Program-made: the position numbers and the translations under genes
Notes under the pieces: model-generated
The model's input: only the letters and a program-made list of their open reading frames with translations
Told to the model about the DNA's origin: nothing
The model's database searches: none
Shown: piece after piece, positions 12,989 to 23,930 of the stretch
Position numbering within the stretch: the stretch's first letter is position 1
Layout: the number at the start of each line of letters is the position of its first letter
Source of the DNA: Octopus bimaculoides
Lineage: Eukaryota
NCBI RefSeq assembly: GCF_001194135.2
Contig: NC_068986.1
Coordinates: 76,375,186-76,439,185, forward strand
DNA: 64,000 bases
Reading direction: 5' to 3'

Positions 12989-12990
12989 CA
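12090..12990 (+). mobile_element. 3' fragment of an R4/Dong-like (restriction-like endonuclease) non-LTR retrotransposon, interrupted by a SINE
   Basis: ORF 12145-12447 ends KYNLLKFEIARIWSMKTVKVVPVIIGVL...LLGTVKIIRRVLSI*, the typical C-terminus of RLE-clade elements. The 3' UTR continues after the SINE and ends in (AAT)n at ~12953-12988. Confidence 0.65.
12495..12884 (-). mobile_element. tRNA-derived SINE (family D) with (CAA)n tail and 13-bp TSD
   Basis: Minus-strand head GTAGAGGCGCAATGGCCCAGTG...GGTTTCGATTCCC; TSD TAGGTAATAATCT at 12482-12494 and 12885-12897. Confidence 0.9.
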
Positions 12991-13315
12991 AAATATAATA
13001 ATCAGTAATGTATAATTTTGTTGCTACCATTTCTTTAATAATCTTTTATTATTATTATTCCCAATCCAAATTTCTCACTTTTTTGATTTTTATGTATAAC
13101 CCATGCCTCACTGTCTTTCAGTTATTTTCATTTTTGTTTTTAGTTTGAGCTGCAGCTAAAGAAACAAACACATCTTCATTTTGAGTCTGAATTATGTATT
13201 TCATTGAAGCTAATCTTGAATTTTCAAATTTTGTGGTTAACCTGTCATTTTATTTTTTTCTTTCATTTTCATCTCCAATGTCAATGTCCTCATAATTAAA
13301 GTGTATTCATTTCAG

Positions 13316-13466
13316 GCTCTCTTACGCAAACAGAGAAACTGTTGTATTGAGATTGAAATCCAGCCAGTATACCTTATACCAGATACCAACTGCTTCATTG
13401 ATCATCTGCTTGGTTTACAGAAACTAATTTTCAGTGAAAATTACACTATCTCTGTTCCACTAATTG
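13316..13466 (+). CDS. SMG6: SMG6 exon, PIN domain N-terminal part (ALLRKQRNCCIEIEIQPVYLIPDTNCFIDHLLGLQKLIFSENYTISVPLI)
   Basis: Acceptor TTTCAG|GCT; donor ATTG|GTGAGT. Contains the PIN catalytic motif PDTN and matches remembered SMG6 ELEIRPLFLVPDTNGFIDHL. Confidence 0.95.
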
Positions 13467-14042
13467 GTGAGTATGTGCTGTACCGTTACAGCCAGTTGTT
13501 ACATAAATACTAGTTGTTTATTTACTGTAAAATTAAACAACCAATGAATTTGATTAAAAGTGCCTTCCCTTTCCTTCTGAAATCTGAAATTTAAAACATG
13601 AATGAAGATGAAATATATAGCTTAACAGCACAATTTAATTCGTTAGAGCACAAAACTAGTTTCGCTTTATGAATGTACTTGTTTGTTTTACATTTGTCCC
13701 GTGTTCATCATCATCAGTGTTTTACATTCACTTATCTATGCTGATATGGGTTGGACAATTTTTCTGAGGCAATGTTTTATGGCCACACAGCTTGCCTGTT
13801 GCTAGCTTTTTAATCACCTGTTTGAACATGCAAGGAACCCAGTGTACATGCAACATATTCTCTATACTGTAATTAAAGGTGATCTTTCAGTGAATTTGAT
13901 CTCTTGTAAAAGTGATCCTAACTAAATGGATTAGTCTTTAACATATGTAATGTTATAGTTTTTATGCTATTGTTTATAATGAGATATTTGCTGTACTGAT
14001 CTACCCTAACACTGCTAGAATGTTTTACTATTGGTCATAGGC

Positions 14043-14960
14043 ACTGGCGTGGCTGTGGTAAAAAGTGTGCTTCCCAACCACATGGTTCTGGGTTCAGTAC
14101 CAACTGCATGGCATGACACCTTGGGCAAGCATCCTCTACTATAGCCATAGGTCAACTAAAGCTTTGTGAGTGGATTTGGTAGACAGAAAATGAAAGAAGT
14201 CCATTGTGTGTGAATGTTTCATTTATAAATTTTTATGCACCATGTGCTCTGTTTTTGGCGCAAAACAAAACCAGTTGCACACTCAGAGACTAACATGAAC
14301 AGTCACGGATTTAAACTGGTGGTCCACACTGACGAGGCTCAGAGTTAAATACCCAAAAGCCGAAACCTGGTTTGTGGATATCCCTAATTGCATAATATTT
14401 TTATTTGTGCTGTTAAATGTTTTAATTCTTTCTGTTTCCCTCGCATACTGTTTTTCTCTGTTATATTGGTGCGCTACGGTGGATTAATTTAAGACTTAGC
14501 TCTTATTTCTAGCAGGTAGATGCTTATTAAGCATCATTACGCTTCGTGCAAATTTATAATTCATAGCTGTTTAAAGCTATTATANNNNNNNNNNNNNNNN
14601 NNNNNNNNNNNNNNNNNNNNNNNNNNNNNNNNNNNNNNNNNNNNNNNNNNNNNNNNNNNNNNNNNNNNNNNNNNNNNNNNNNNNNNNNNNNNNNNNNNNN
14701 NNNNNNNNNNNNNNNNNNNNNNNNNNNNNNNNNNNNNNNNNNNNNNNNNNNNNNNNNNNNNATATGTATATATACACACACAATGTGTGTGTATGTGTAT
14801 CTATCTTGACAACCAGTGTTGGGTTGTTAATGTCCCCATAACTTAGCAGTTCAGCAAAAGTGACCAATAGAATAAGTACCAGTCTTTAAAAAAAAGTACT
14901 GGAGTCAATTTATTTGTGACTAAACCTTCAGTCACAAGTGAAACAAGTGAAAAATAAAAG
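14043..14960 (+). mobile_element. Family-C SINE split by a nested Penelope-like insertion (~14211-14584) and an N gap
   Basis: The SINE head is at 14043-14210 (GGCGTGGCTGTGGTAAAAAG...GAAAGAAGTCC) and the remainder at 14761-14960 (CTTGACAACC...GAAACAAGTGAAAA). The unrelated CpG-bearing insert between them carries a hammerhead motif. Confidence 0.65.
14323..14378 (+). ncRNA. Minimal type I hammerhead ribozyme with intact catalytic core
   Basis: TCCACA (stem I) CTGACGA (core) GGCT-18nt loop-AGCC (stem II) GAAAC-CTG-GT-T (stem III and GUU cleavage triplet) TGTGGA (stem I). Predicted cut after 14372. Confidence 0.8.
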
Positions 14961-15136
14961 ATAAAAATAGGAGGCTCTTGACTTGCTACTATAATTGTTG
15001 TGTGTACTATTAATAATTTATGGATTCATCAATATGTTATACTTCCACTAAAACACTGAAGATGCACATCTTTAATGGTGTCTTGGCTGTGAATTCTTTC
15101 TTTTTCTTGAAGCAACATATAAATGTTCATTATTAA

Positions 15137-15281
15137 CCCTTTAGCACTTAAACTGGCCATAACTGGCCCAGACATTCTACCCATTTTATGTTCAAACTGG
15201 CCAGATCCAACCTCTCATACTTATCCTACAATATCATTGTGAAAATAAACAATCACATCATTGATTAATTCAAAACAAGGG
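15137..15281. mobile_element. piggyBac-like MITE
   Basis: TTAA|CCCTT...AAGGG|TTAA (TTAA at 15133-15136 and 15282-15285). Related decayed copies lie at ~748-930, ~4423-4680 and ~30289-30498. Confidence 0.7.
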
Positions 15282-15432
15282 TTAAGCATTATGATGTTTT
15301 ATTTTAAAATCTGTTTTCCCCTCGTTACTTAGAAAAGATAGTTGTGTTTGTGACTATGTTTGTTTGTTTGTTCACAGAAAAAGAAACCTATGTTACCAGC
15401 TGAAGTGGAAGTCTCCTTCAAACTTCTTTCCT

Positions 15433-15435
<3 letters not shown>

Positions 15436-15470
<35 letters not shown>

Positions 15471-15480
15471 CATCCATCCA
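15436..15480. repeat. (TCTA)n/(TCCA)n tetranucleotide microsatellite
   Basis: Direct reading of the sequence. Confidence 0.95.
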
Positions 15481-15794
15481 GTTAGTTGCACTGCATCACA
15501 CTTTGGGCAAGTGTCTTTTATTATAGCCCTGGGCTGGCCAAAACTTTGTGAGTATATTTGGTAGACACCAACGATGTTATCCAAGAGAAGGGCAAAGGCT
15601 GATAGAACTTGGCACCAGTGATGTCAGAACTCATTCCTACAGCTGAGTAAACTTGGGCAACATGAAATAAAATGTCTTTCTCAAGAACACAACACATAGC
15701 CCAGTCAAGGAATCAAACTCACTACTTCATGATTGCAAGCCTGATTGCTCTAACCACTAAGCCATGCACCTTCAAGTGTGTTTGTATATAAATA

Positions 15795-16661
15795 CAGGGT
15801 GCGATGGGTAAATTGTTGCCATTTTATGTTTTTAATTTTGCGCATTGTTTGTTTTTGATTTTGTCATCTACACAGTATAGTAGGGTCAGTTGAGCACTGT
15901 CTGTGAGAAAAACAGTACCATGATGCAATTCACTCTGCCAGAAATTTAGAAACAACATACTGTATTGCTTGGCATTCGCGCCAGAAGCTCCAATATGAAT
16001 ATTTCAGAGTGTTATGTACCGAGAGTGATAAAAATCAAACATCCAGTCAACATCATGGTGTTTGAAGTGATCACTAGTGATGGTGACGTTATGTCTCTGT
16101 TCTTCTTCCCCATGGCTTCAGACTCAACATAAGGCCTACTTCAAGTGCCTGGAGGAATTAGTGCTGCCCTGGGTCAAGAGGGTTTTCGCAGAAGGTGGAA
16201 AATGATGAACACTGCTCTGGGTCAAGACGGTGGCTTCTGAAAGACCCTATGTCTGGCAACAGGACTCTGCACCATGCCACACAAGAGAACCCAGTCATGA
16301 CTATCAGACAATTTTTGCAACCACATCACTCCTAACATTTGCCTACATAACTCCCCAGACTGCAACCCCCTTGATTATTATGTGTGGGGCGCAGTTGAGC
16401 AAGAGACCAACAAAACTCCTTGTAACACCAAAGATGAACTGAAGGCAAGGATTATGGTAGCATTCACCAACTTAAACAAGAGGCTGTCCAAAAGAGTTGC
16501 AGGAAATTTCGAAGTTGTCTGGTGGCCATGGTTGAACCCAATGGCAATTTTATTGAATATATTTACTCTTTAGCATTTCAAGATATTTTTATGTAATTTT
16601 GGTAAATACACCTGTTAAAATTTTTGCGTAATTTAGATGACAATATATTCACTGCACCGTG
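15795..16661 (+). mobile_element. Defective Tc1/mariner element, maT (DD37D)-like
   Basis: TA|CAGGGTGCG left end with a degraded right TIR (...GCACCGTG). Frameshifted transposase motifs VWQQDSAPCH, NSPDCNPLDYYVWGAVE and TKDELKARI. The two D codons are 107 nt apart, consistent with 37 codons minus 4 nt. Confidence 0.75.
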
Positions 16662-16761
16662 TGTATATATGTATATATGTATATGATAAATAATGATGAT
16701 TATAATGACAGTGTTATAATTGTGTGTGTCTCACCTTTTGTTTTCTTTATTTTCATTGCAG

Positions 16762-16973
16762 TAATTAATGAGTTGGATGGCTTAGTCCGTGGTAACTTAG
16801 AAGGACATTATGAATCAATTGAACACAGTGACATGGTGAAGGAAAATGCAAGGTTGGCCATGACATTTCTTGAGCAGCAATTTGAACAGAAAAACCCCCA
16901 TCTAAGAGCTCAAACAACTAAAGGCACCATGCTTCAAACAATTCTCTATCGTAGTGAAGCTACTGACACTAAG
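16762..16973 (+). CDS. SMG6: SMG6 exon, PIN domain middle (VINELDGLVRG...FLEQQFEQKNPHLRAQTTKGTMLQTILYRSEATDTK)
   Basis: Acceptor TTGCAG|TA (phase 1, completing Val); donor AAG|GTAAAT. INELDGL is the conserved PIN glutamate motif. Confidence 0.95.
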
Positions 16974-17862
16974 GTAAATTTCATTTTTGTATTTTGTAAC
17001 TAGTTTCACTTATTGGACTGTGGCCATGCTGGGGCACTACCTTCAAGGCTTTTTAGTTGATAGCATCAAACTCCACTACATATCTTATCATTCTATATTT
17101 TATTGAAGTAGTAAGAAGTTTGCTTCCCAACCATTTGGTTTGGGATTCAGTCCTACTGTGTGCACTTTATGCAAGTGTCTTCTACTATAACCCCAGGCTG
17201 ACAAAAGTCTTTATGGTCGAGAGAAAGAGGTGTGTGTGTGTGCATGTGTTTGTGTTATTGTTTCCTTGATTTGACTTGTGTGATAGTTGTAAACAAATGT
17301 CACTGTCATACAAGCAGTGTCTGTCATTTCCAATCTTCTGTGAAAACATGTCTGGTCATGAATGGAAACCGGTAATGGTTGGTGACAGAAAGTGCATCCA
17401 ACCATGGAAAAATCCACCTCAACAAATGCTACCTACCCTATACAAGCATGGAAAGGTAGATGTTAAAATGATGATGTGTGTGTGTCTGTATGATGGTCTC
17501 TCATTGATTTGCAGTTGGCCATTCCTATCAACTGGTTGACCTACTCATTGAATTATATACTACACACACATTAATATTTGTACACATATATGTGTATGTG
17601 TCTAAGTTTGGAGTGAGTGATGAGCTTCCACACAATTTCTATTTAATTTTACTCACATGGCATTGGTCAGCTTAAGAGTACAGTAGAAAATTCTTGACCA
17701 AGATGCCACATTTTTCTTTTTACAAAGCATCATTACAGTTTGTTAAATTATCTTTCATCTTTTTGTATCATTGTAAATGACTGAACTGAAATATAGGATG
17801 CCATATTGCTAAAGAAATTTAGTAAGGTTATTTGAAACACATTTCATTTTTTTTTCCTTCAG

Positions 17863-17944
17863 GGAAACAATGATGACCTAATTCTTACCTGTTGCCTTCA
17901 CTATTGCAAAGACACTACTAAAGATTTCATTCCAAAAGGGAAAG
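17863..17944 (+). CDS. SMG6: SMG6 exon (GNNDDLILTCCLHYCKDTTKDFIPKGK)
   Basis: Acceptor CCTTCAG|GGA; donor AAAG|GTTTGA. Nearly identical to remembered SMG6 GNNDDLILSCCLHYCKD and contains the catalytic Asp. Confidence 0.95.
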
Positions 17945-17968
17945 GTTTGAACAATTTTATATTTCTGT

Positions 17969-18016
<48 letters not shown>

Positions 18017-19853
18017 CTTAATAATACTAAAACTCTAGAGATGTTTGTGTGTACCTGAAATATCTCAGAGTTTGGTGCAGCCTTCCAGCGTGCAAGCCCA
18101 GTCAAACCGTCCAACCCATGCCAGCATGGACAATGGACATTAAATGATGATGATGATATGTATATATGTGACAGGCTTCTTTCAGTTTCTGCCTGCCAAG
18201 TGCACTCACAAGGTTTTGGTTGACATTTACCCTAGGTGCCAGACATTACAACTGAAACTGAAAACATGTTGCAGAGCAAACTTCTCAACCACACAGCCAC
18301 ACCTGCACCTATTAATATCCTATTTTATTTGTATATGTTTATATGCAAATATAATTTAATCTCTTCAACCTTTAAGTATTCTAAATATGACTGTCCAGTT
18401 AATGCAAGTGTTATATAGTATTTAGCTTTTCCAAACCAGTATTTTGGGTTCCCCTTGATATTCTGACTAAAACTTTATTGTTTTTGTGCAGAACTTCTAT
18501 GATTATATATAATTAATAATTATATTATTCATGATTTATCCATTTCTTTGGAGCCAGTAAAATAAATTAGTTTGGTGAATTGATCTCCTTCTTCTACACA
18601 ATCTGGATTAAGATGAAAGAAGTTATTCACAGCATGCAATCGACAAAAATCAGGTTAAAGATATGACATGGCATGAGCGTTGAATAAAATTCCCATTTGA
18701 CTTAGTCTCCATTTATTTTTTAGTTAGGATATGAAACTGTAATGTGTCTCAGTGGAAACATCTACTGGTGCACAGCCTATTGACCAGAGACAACTGTATG
18801 TACAACTATAATCATAGGATATTTTGTGAACATAATAAATAACCTAATGGCTACCTTATTGGCATCTGAGTAAAGGTAATAAGGTTCAATCTAATCAATA
18901 AGAGATTGATAATAGAAGAATGTATGTCACTATTCCCAATGTAAGGATGTTATGTGGTCAAAGAAAATCATCAACATCAAAGCAGGACCAACAAATTTTG
19001 ACCTTACATTGCATTCTCGATCTCATCTGTAAACTGTCCTAGCGTTCCTTAAAAGCATTGATAGTTTGTGTAACTTTTATAATTGTAGTAGTGAGAGTAA
19101 CAACTCACTTTTGATTTTTTTTTTTTTTCTTTTTTACATATGCACATGGTCAATAATTCTAGTTTCCTTTCAGTTGTGGGATCTCTTCTGTCTGGCAAGT
19201 AACGAAGCAATCTTACTAGTGCCACAAAAAAAAAAAAAAGAAAAAAAGTGCCCAGTACACTTTGTAAAGTGGTTGGCATTAGGAGGGCCATCCAACCATA
19301 GAAACCATGCCAAAACTGAAACACTGGAGCATGATGTAATCTTTCAACTCGTTGAATCCTCTCATATCATCCACCCTATGCCAGCATGGAAAACAGACGT
19401 AAAATAATGATGTTGATAATCTTACATTTAAAAATATCCTCGCAAATCAGTTCATTTCCATCACTGTCAGTGTGTATCTTTTACTAGTTTCAGCTAAAGG
19501 CTGGGGGTTATGCTGGAGCACCACCTTTGTATGCTAGCAAAAATTCAATAACAAATCATGACACAAAAGTTTGTTTAAAAGCCATCAACTGATCAAGGGT
19601 GTGCATTTATATTGAATTTGAAATTTTTTTTAGAAAAGGTTCAAGTCTCACTGAGAACACCTTAGTTGCTCACTTGTGGGTCACAATCTACCTGTTGCCA
19701 ACCCCTGATGCACATGATAGTGTACTGCCTAAATGAAATATGGTTTCTAATTCAGCATCTCAGTTTTGAAGTTGATTCCAGCTCTAAAATTACAAAACTA
19801 CCCGTGTACCTTGAAAACTGTTTCTTTTTTTTATATTGCTACTACTATTACTG

Positions 19854-20219
19854 TGGAGGCGCAATAGCCCAGTGGTTAGGGCAGCAGACTTGCGGTCATA
19901 GGATCGCAGTTTCGATTCTCAGACAGGGCGTTGTGAGTGTTTATTGAGCGAAAACACCTAAAGCTCCACGAGGCTCCGGTAGGGGCTGTACTCTTCCACC
20001 ACAACTTTCTCTCACTCTTACTTCCTGTTTCTGTTGTGCCTGTAATTCAAAGGGTCAGCCTTGTCACACTGTGTCACGCTGAATATCCCCAAGAACTACG
20101 TTAAGGGTACATGTGTCTGTGGAGTGCTCAGCCACTTGCGCGTTAATTTCACGAGCAGGCTGTTCCGTTGATCGGATCAACTGGAACCCTCGACGTCGTA
20201 AGCGACGAAGTGCCAACAA
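19854..20219 (+). mobile_element. tRNA-derived SINE (family D) with 13-bp TSD
   Basis: Same family as 12495-12884 but in the opposite orientation, with a ~16-bp internal deletion. TSD ACTACTATTACTG at 19841-19853 and 20220-20232. Confidence 0.9.
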
Positions 20220-20690
20220 ACTACTATTACTGCCACTACTACTGTCATAAAGAAGTATTATGTTGTATTGTGACAGTAAGTTGTGTAATTCGAATTGCCT
20301 TCAAACAATCATTAGTGTGTGTGTGTGCGATTACACATACATATCAATTGACATACAGACATACTTTATTTGATATGTGTGTGTGCACATGTGTATAAAC
20401 ATTTTAATATGAGGTTGGGTTAATATTGTATTGTGTGGAGGGGTGTCTCTATTTTTCTCTTTAGTCCTAGTTTTGTTCTGTCTCCATTATTACATTCTAA
20501 GTCACATTGTAAATATTGTCATTTATAAAGGATTTCACAAAAAAACAAAAAAAAATTAAATTTTACTTTTTAGTTTACATTTAAAATTAGAATTTATTGA
20601 ATTTAAAAAATGTTTATGACAAAGAAAGTTTTTCAATTGTTTTGTTTCTTTCATTAGCATTCCTTTTTTTTGTTTACTTTTGTTATTCAG

Positions 20691-20821
20691 ATGAGCCTAA
20701 CCGCATTTACCGTGATGTAGTCCTTCTCACCGATGATCGTAATTTACGTCTGAAAGCCCACACTTACAATGTTCCTGTGAAGGATGTTCCCAGCTTCCTC
20801 AAGTGGTGTAAAGTAACATGA
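20691..20821 (+). CDS. SMG6: SMG6 terminal coding exon (DEPNRIYRDVVLLTDDRNLRLKAHTYNVPVKDVPSFLKWCKVT*)
   Basis: Acceptor TATTCAG|AT (phase 1); VVLLTDDRNLR PIN motif; TGA stop at 20819-20821. Confidence 0.95.
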
Positions 20822-23800
20822 AATGTTCCTCTTCTGAAATCATTTCCTTGTTACCCTGTTTATCGAAGTGACGAGGTTCCTAATGCTTCAAGCTGAGCTG
20901 TGGTCCAAGCCAAACCCATGACAAAATGAGGAGACATAGAATAAAGACGAGGAGGAGAGAGTCAGTGCCAACAAACCCGTCACCCACTGGTTGTTGTATA
21001 AGCTCTATGACCAGACACTGACCACTACCAATGTCGGCTTCTATGCGAAGGCAGCTGAAAATGCCATACAAACGGTTTCTCCATCAAAGAACTGCATATT
21101 GGCCATTTAAGTTGACCATCTATTAATGAGATATTGTTAATTACAACAACTCATTTTCACTCTAAATCTAATTTGGTAAAATAGGTGCATTGATGAGGGA
21201 ATTTATTATTTTTTGTTTTTTTTTTATAATTATTTATTCATCTATTTTAAGAAATTTTACTTTTTTTTTTTTTCAGTTTTCCCCCCAAAATCTTCATTCA
21301 TTATCATTGTGAAGGAATTGCAGTTTCTCATTTTTATTTATTTTTAGAATAATTATTTCATTATTGCTTTCTAATTGTCATACAAAAAAAGATCTATAAT
21401 GCATTGATGTATTTGTGAGACTTTGGTTTATTTTAATTACTAGCATAAAGTAATTTATTAGGCTTCCTATTTAAGCCAATTTGGCAACTGTGGCAGTTTA
21501 TGTCATTGTCAAGAATGTACTCCGTAGACATATGGACCTATTGACACACCCTGGTTGTTAAGTTGCTGTGTGTTACAGTTTGTCACTTAATGGAATGACT
21601 TACCAGGCAGCATAATGAACCTCTGCATGTCCATGACCTGTTGACTTATGCCTTTGCACCAGTGGCTGTATTTGATGTATGCCTTGTCATCAAGTCATTT
21701 TATAAAACTATTGAAGGAATTTAAACCAAATGTCCTGCCCTAGAGAAAACAATCCCTAAGTATTATTAATCAAATAACAGATCTCTAAATTACTTATGCA
21801 CCAGATATACTATGACCAGTCTTGGCATTGGATTTGTCTTTTACACGTCAAAATCATAACAGAATGATCTGACAATATTAAGATTAATCTTTAAACAGTG
21901 AGTAATTATGAAATTCCTGTTAACCAATTAAGTAATATTTTACCAATGACAGGCTGATGAAATCTCAGGTATTCTCTTACCATTCTTTTAGTATTTCATA
22001 TGAAATACTTCTGTTAACAGCAAAAATGGTCAGGCGGCTTGACTTACAATCAGCTGTTCTCAGATGCAATCACACTTTTAAATCGTCTTCAATCACTTGT
22101 TCTAAATTTTATTTCTGATCTTCTGTGAATCATAATTTTGGATTTTAGTAGCATCTTTATTGCTCTACATCCAAAATCTAATACATCTGGTTGCATTAAA
22201 CCAAATATTGATTTATGGTAAATTCCAGTATTGCATTATAATGATAATAAAAACACAGTGGCTGTAGGGCTACAGTGCTAGACTACCAGTCACCAGTTCA
22301 ACAGATCAAATCCTGATACAGCTGTTATATTATCCTTTGTCACTAAACTAAAAAAACACGACACATGCTACTCCTATTTATGGTTGAAATTTAAGATTAG
22401 AAATGTCATTGAATTGTTTAAAAAGAAATTGAACAAAGTCATCCAATATTGCTAGCTGCATGGAAAGGACAGAAAAACGAATCCTTTAAAAAATTGTAAA
22501 ATTCACTTTATAATCATAATTTTAATTAATGGCACACCTCCACATAAATAATTGGAGGTGTACACTGAATTGTTTCTTCATTTCTCTTCCTAAACCACTC
22601 TTTCTTGAATGTTTAGCATTTTTTTATCTCTCACTGTTATAATATCCTGACACCCTCCATTGAAAACAAATAGTGACATCAATGATATTCTGTTTTTAAC
22701 CTTAAATATAAATCCTTTTTGAAACAAAGAAGAATTGGTTCTTTAGAACTGTGAGATTCTTTTTTTTTTTTAATTTCTCTTGTTAAACTCTTGGCAAATA
22801 TAAAGAATCAAAAACAAAAGCATTATATATATAATATATATTTCTCACCTGTCTACCCATGCCTACCTGGACAATGATAAGAACTATGAAATACTTTCAA
22901 AAATGTTTTCATTTTAATATGTACAGGAATGCTTGATAAAGAATATTTCTCAGCGATATGATTTAGAAATATTACCAAAGTTATGTAATAGTATTGCTGA
23001 GAAAAAAATCAAACCAATGCTTATTCAAGCTATCCTCTGAATGGACCCATTCTAATCCACTTTGGCTGCCACTGGTTCTCTTTGGGGTTTTTTGTAGTCT
23101 TTAGCCCAAATATTTTAACATTGTTAGCACTTGTAACAGGGTGAATGAAATCAAGAAAATAAATTAACTGTAAGATGTTGGTTATTAAGTGCAGTCTATC
23201 CAGTTACACAATTTGAACGTACGTTAATTCCGTTTGAAAGTATTCAATAATGAATGCACTGCATTCTCTTGTTTTTGTCATGTAGGTTCTTTATGTTTGC
23301 CAAACCTTCTTTTTTTACAACTGCCATTATGAGCTTCTGTTGTTTCAGTTTTATAAAATGTTAAAGTTTAATGGATTATTAAAAGAAAATATTATAATAA
23401 GAACATGTGTAAACAAAACAGAGAAAATAGGGCGAGAAGATGTTGAAGCTGAAGTAAATTATATTAGTATAATTAAAATGATCTCATCTACATGACATAG
23501 ATATGTAAGTTTATGTAACTTAATAAATGGTGCAGTGGCAGTAGGTTGATAGTAAAGGGAAATTGGTTTAATTTCCATGTTGCCCATAGTATTTCTTATT
23601 CAATCATGTTTGTTTACACATGTTCACGTTTAATATTTACAAATAAAAATCATTGAAAAATCTTGGCTCATTTACATATGCATTTTGAGGATAAAAATAT
23701 TTTAATATGACACTGTTGAAAATTAAAATATCTAATTTTAGATTATAATTTTGAAAAGAGAAAAAAATCCTTTTAATAAAAAGAACAAAACATTTTTCTA

Positions 23801-23878
23801 CAATTGGTGTGCCTGCCTTAAATCCAAAATTTATACAAACCTGACATTTATGTATAGGAATAAGCATACAAAATATTT

Positions 23879-23930
<52 letters not shown>

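Noticed and set aside
20813-21110. Possible alternative SMG6 C-terminus by splicing AAA|GTAACA (20813) to TAG|AAT (20940), adding a 56-aa open frame
   Set aside because: The donor is weak, the acceptor has no pyrimidine tract, and the peptide is unrecognised; an open run of this length can occur by chance. Stop-codon readthrough (TGA-A context, 24 aa) is also unsupported.
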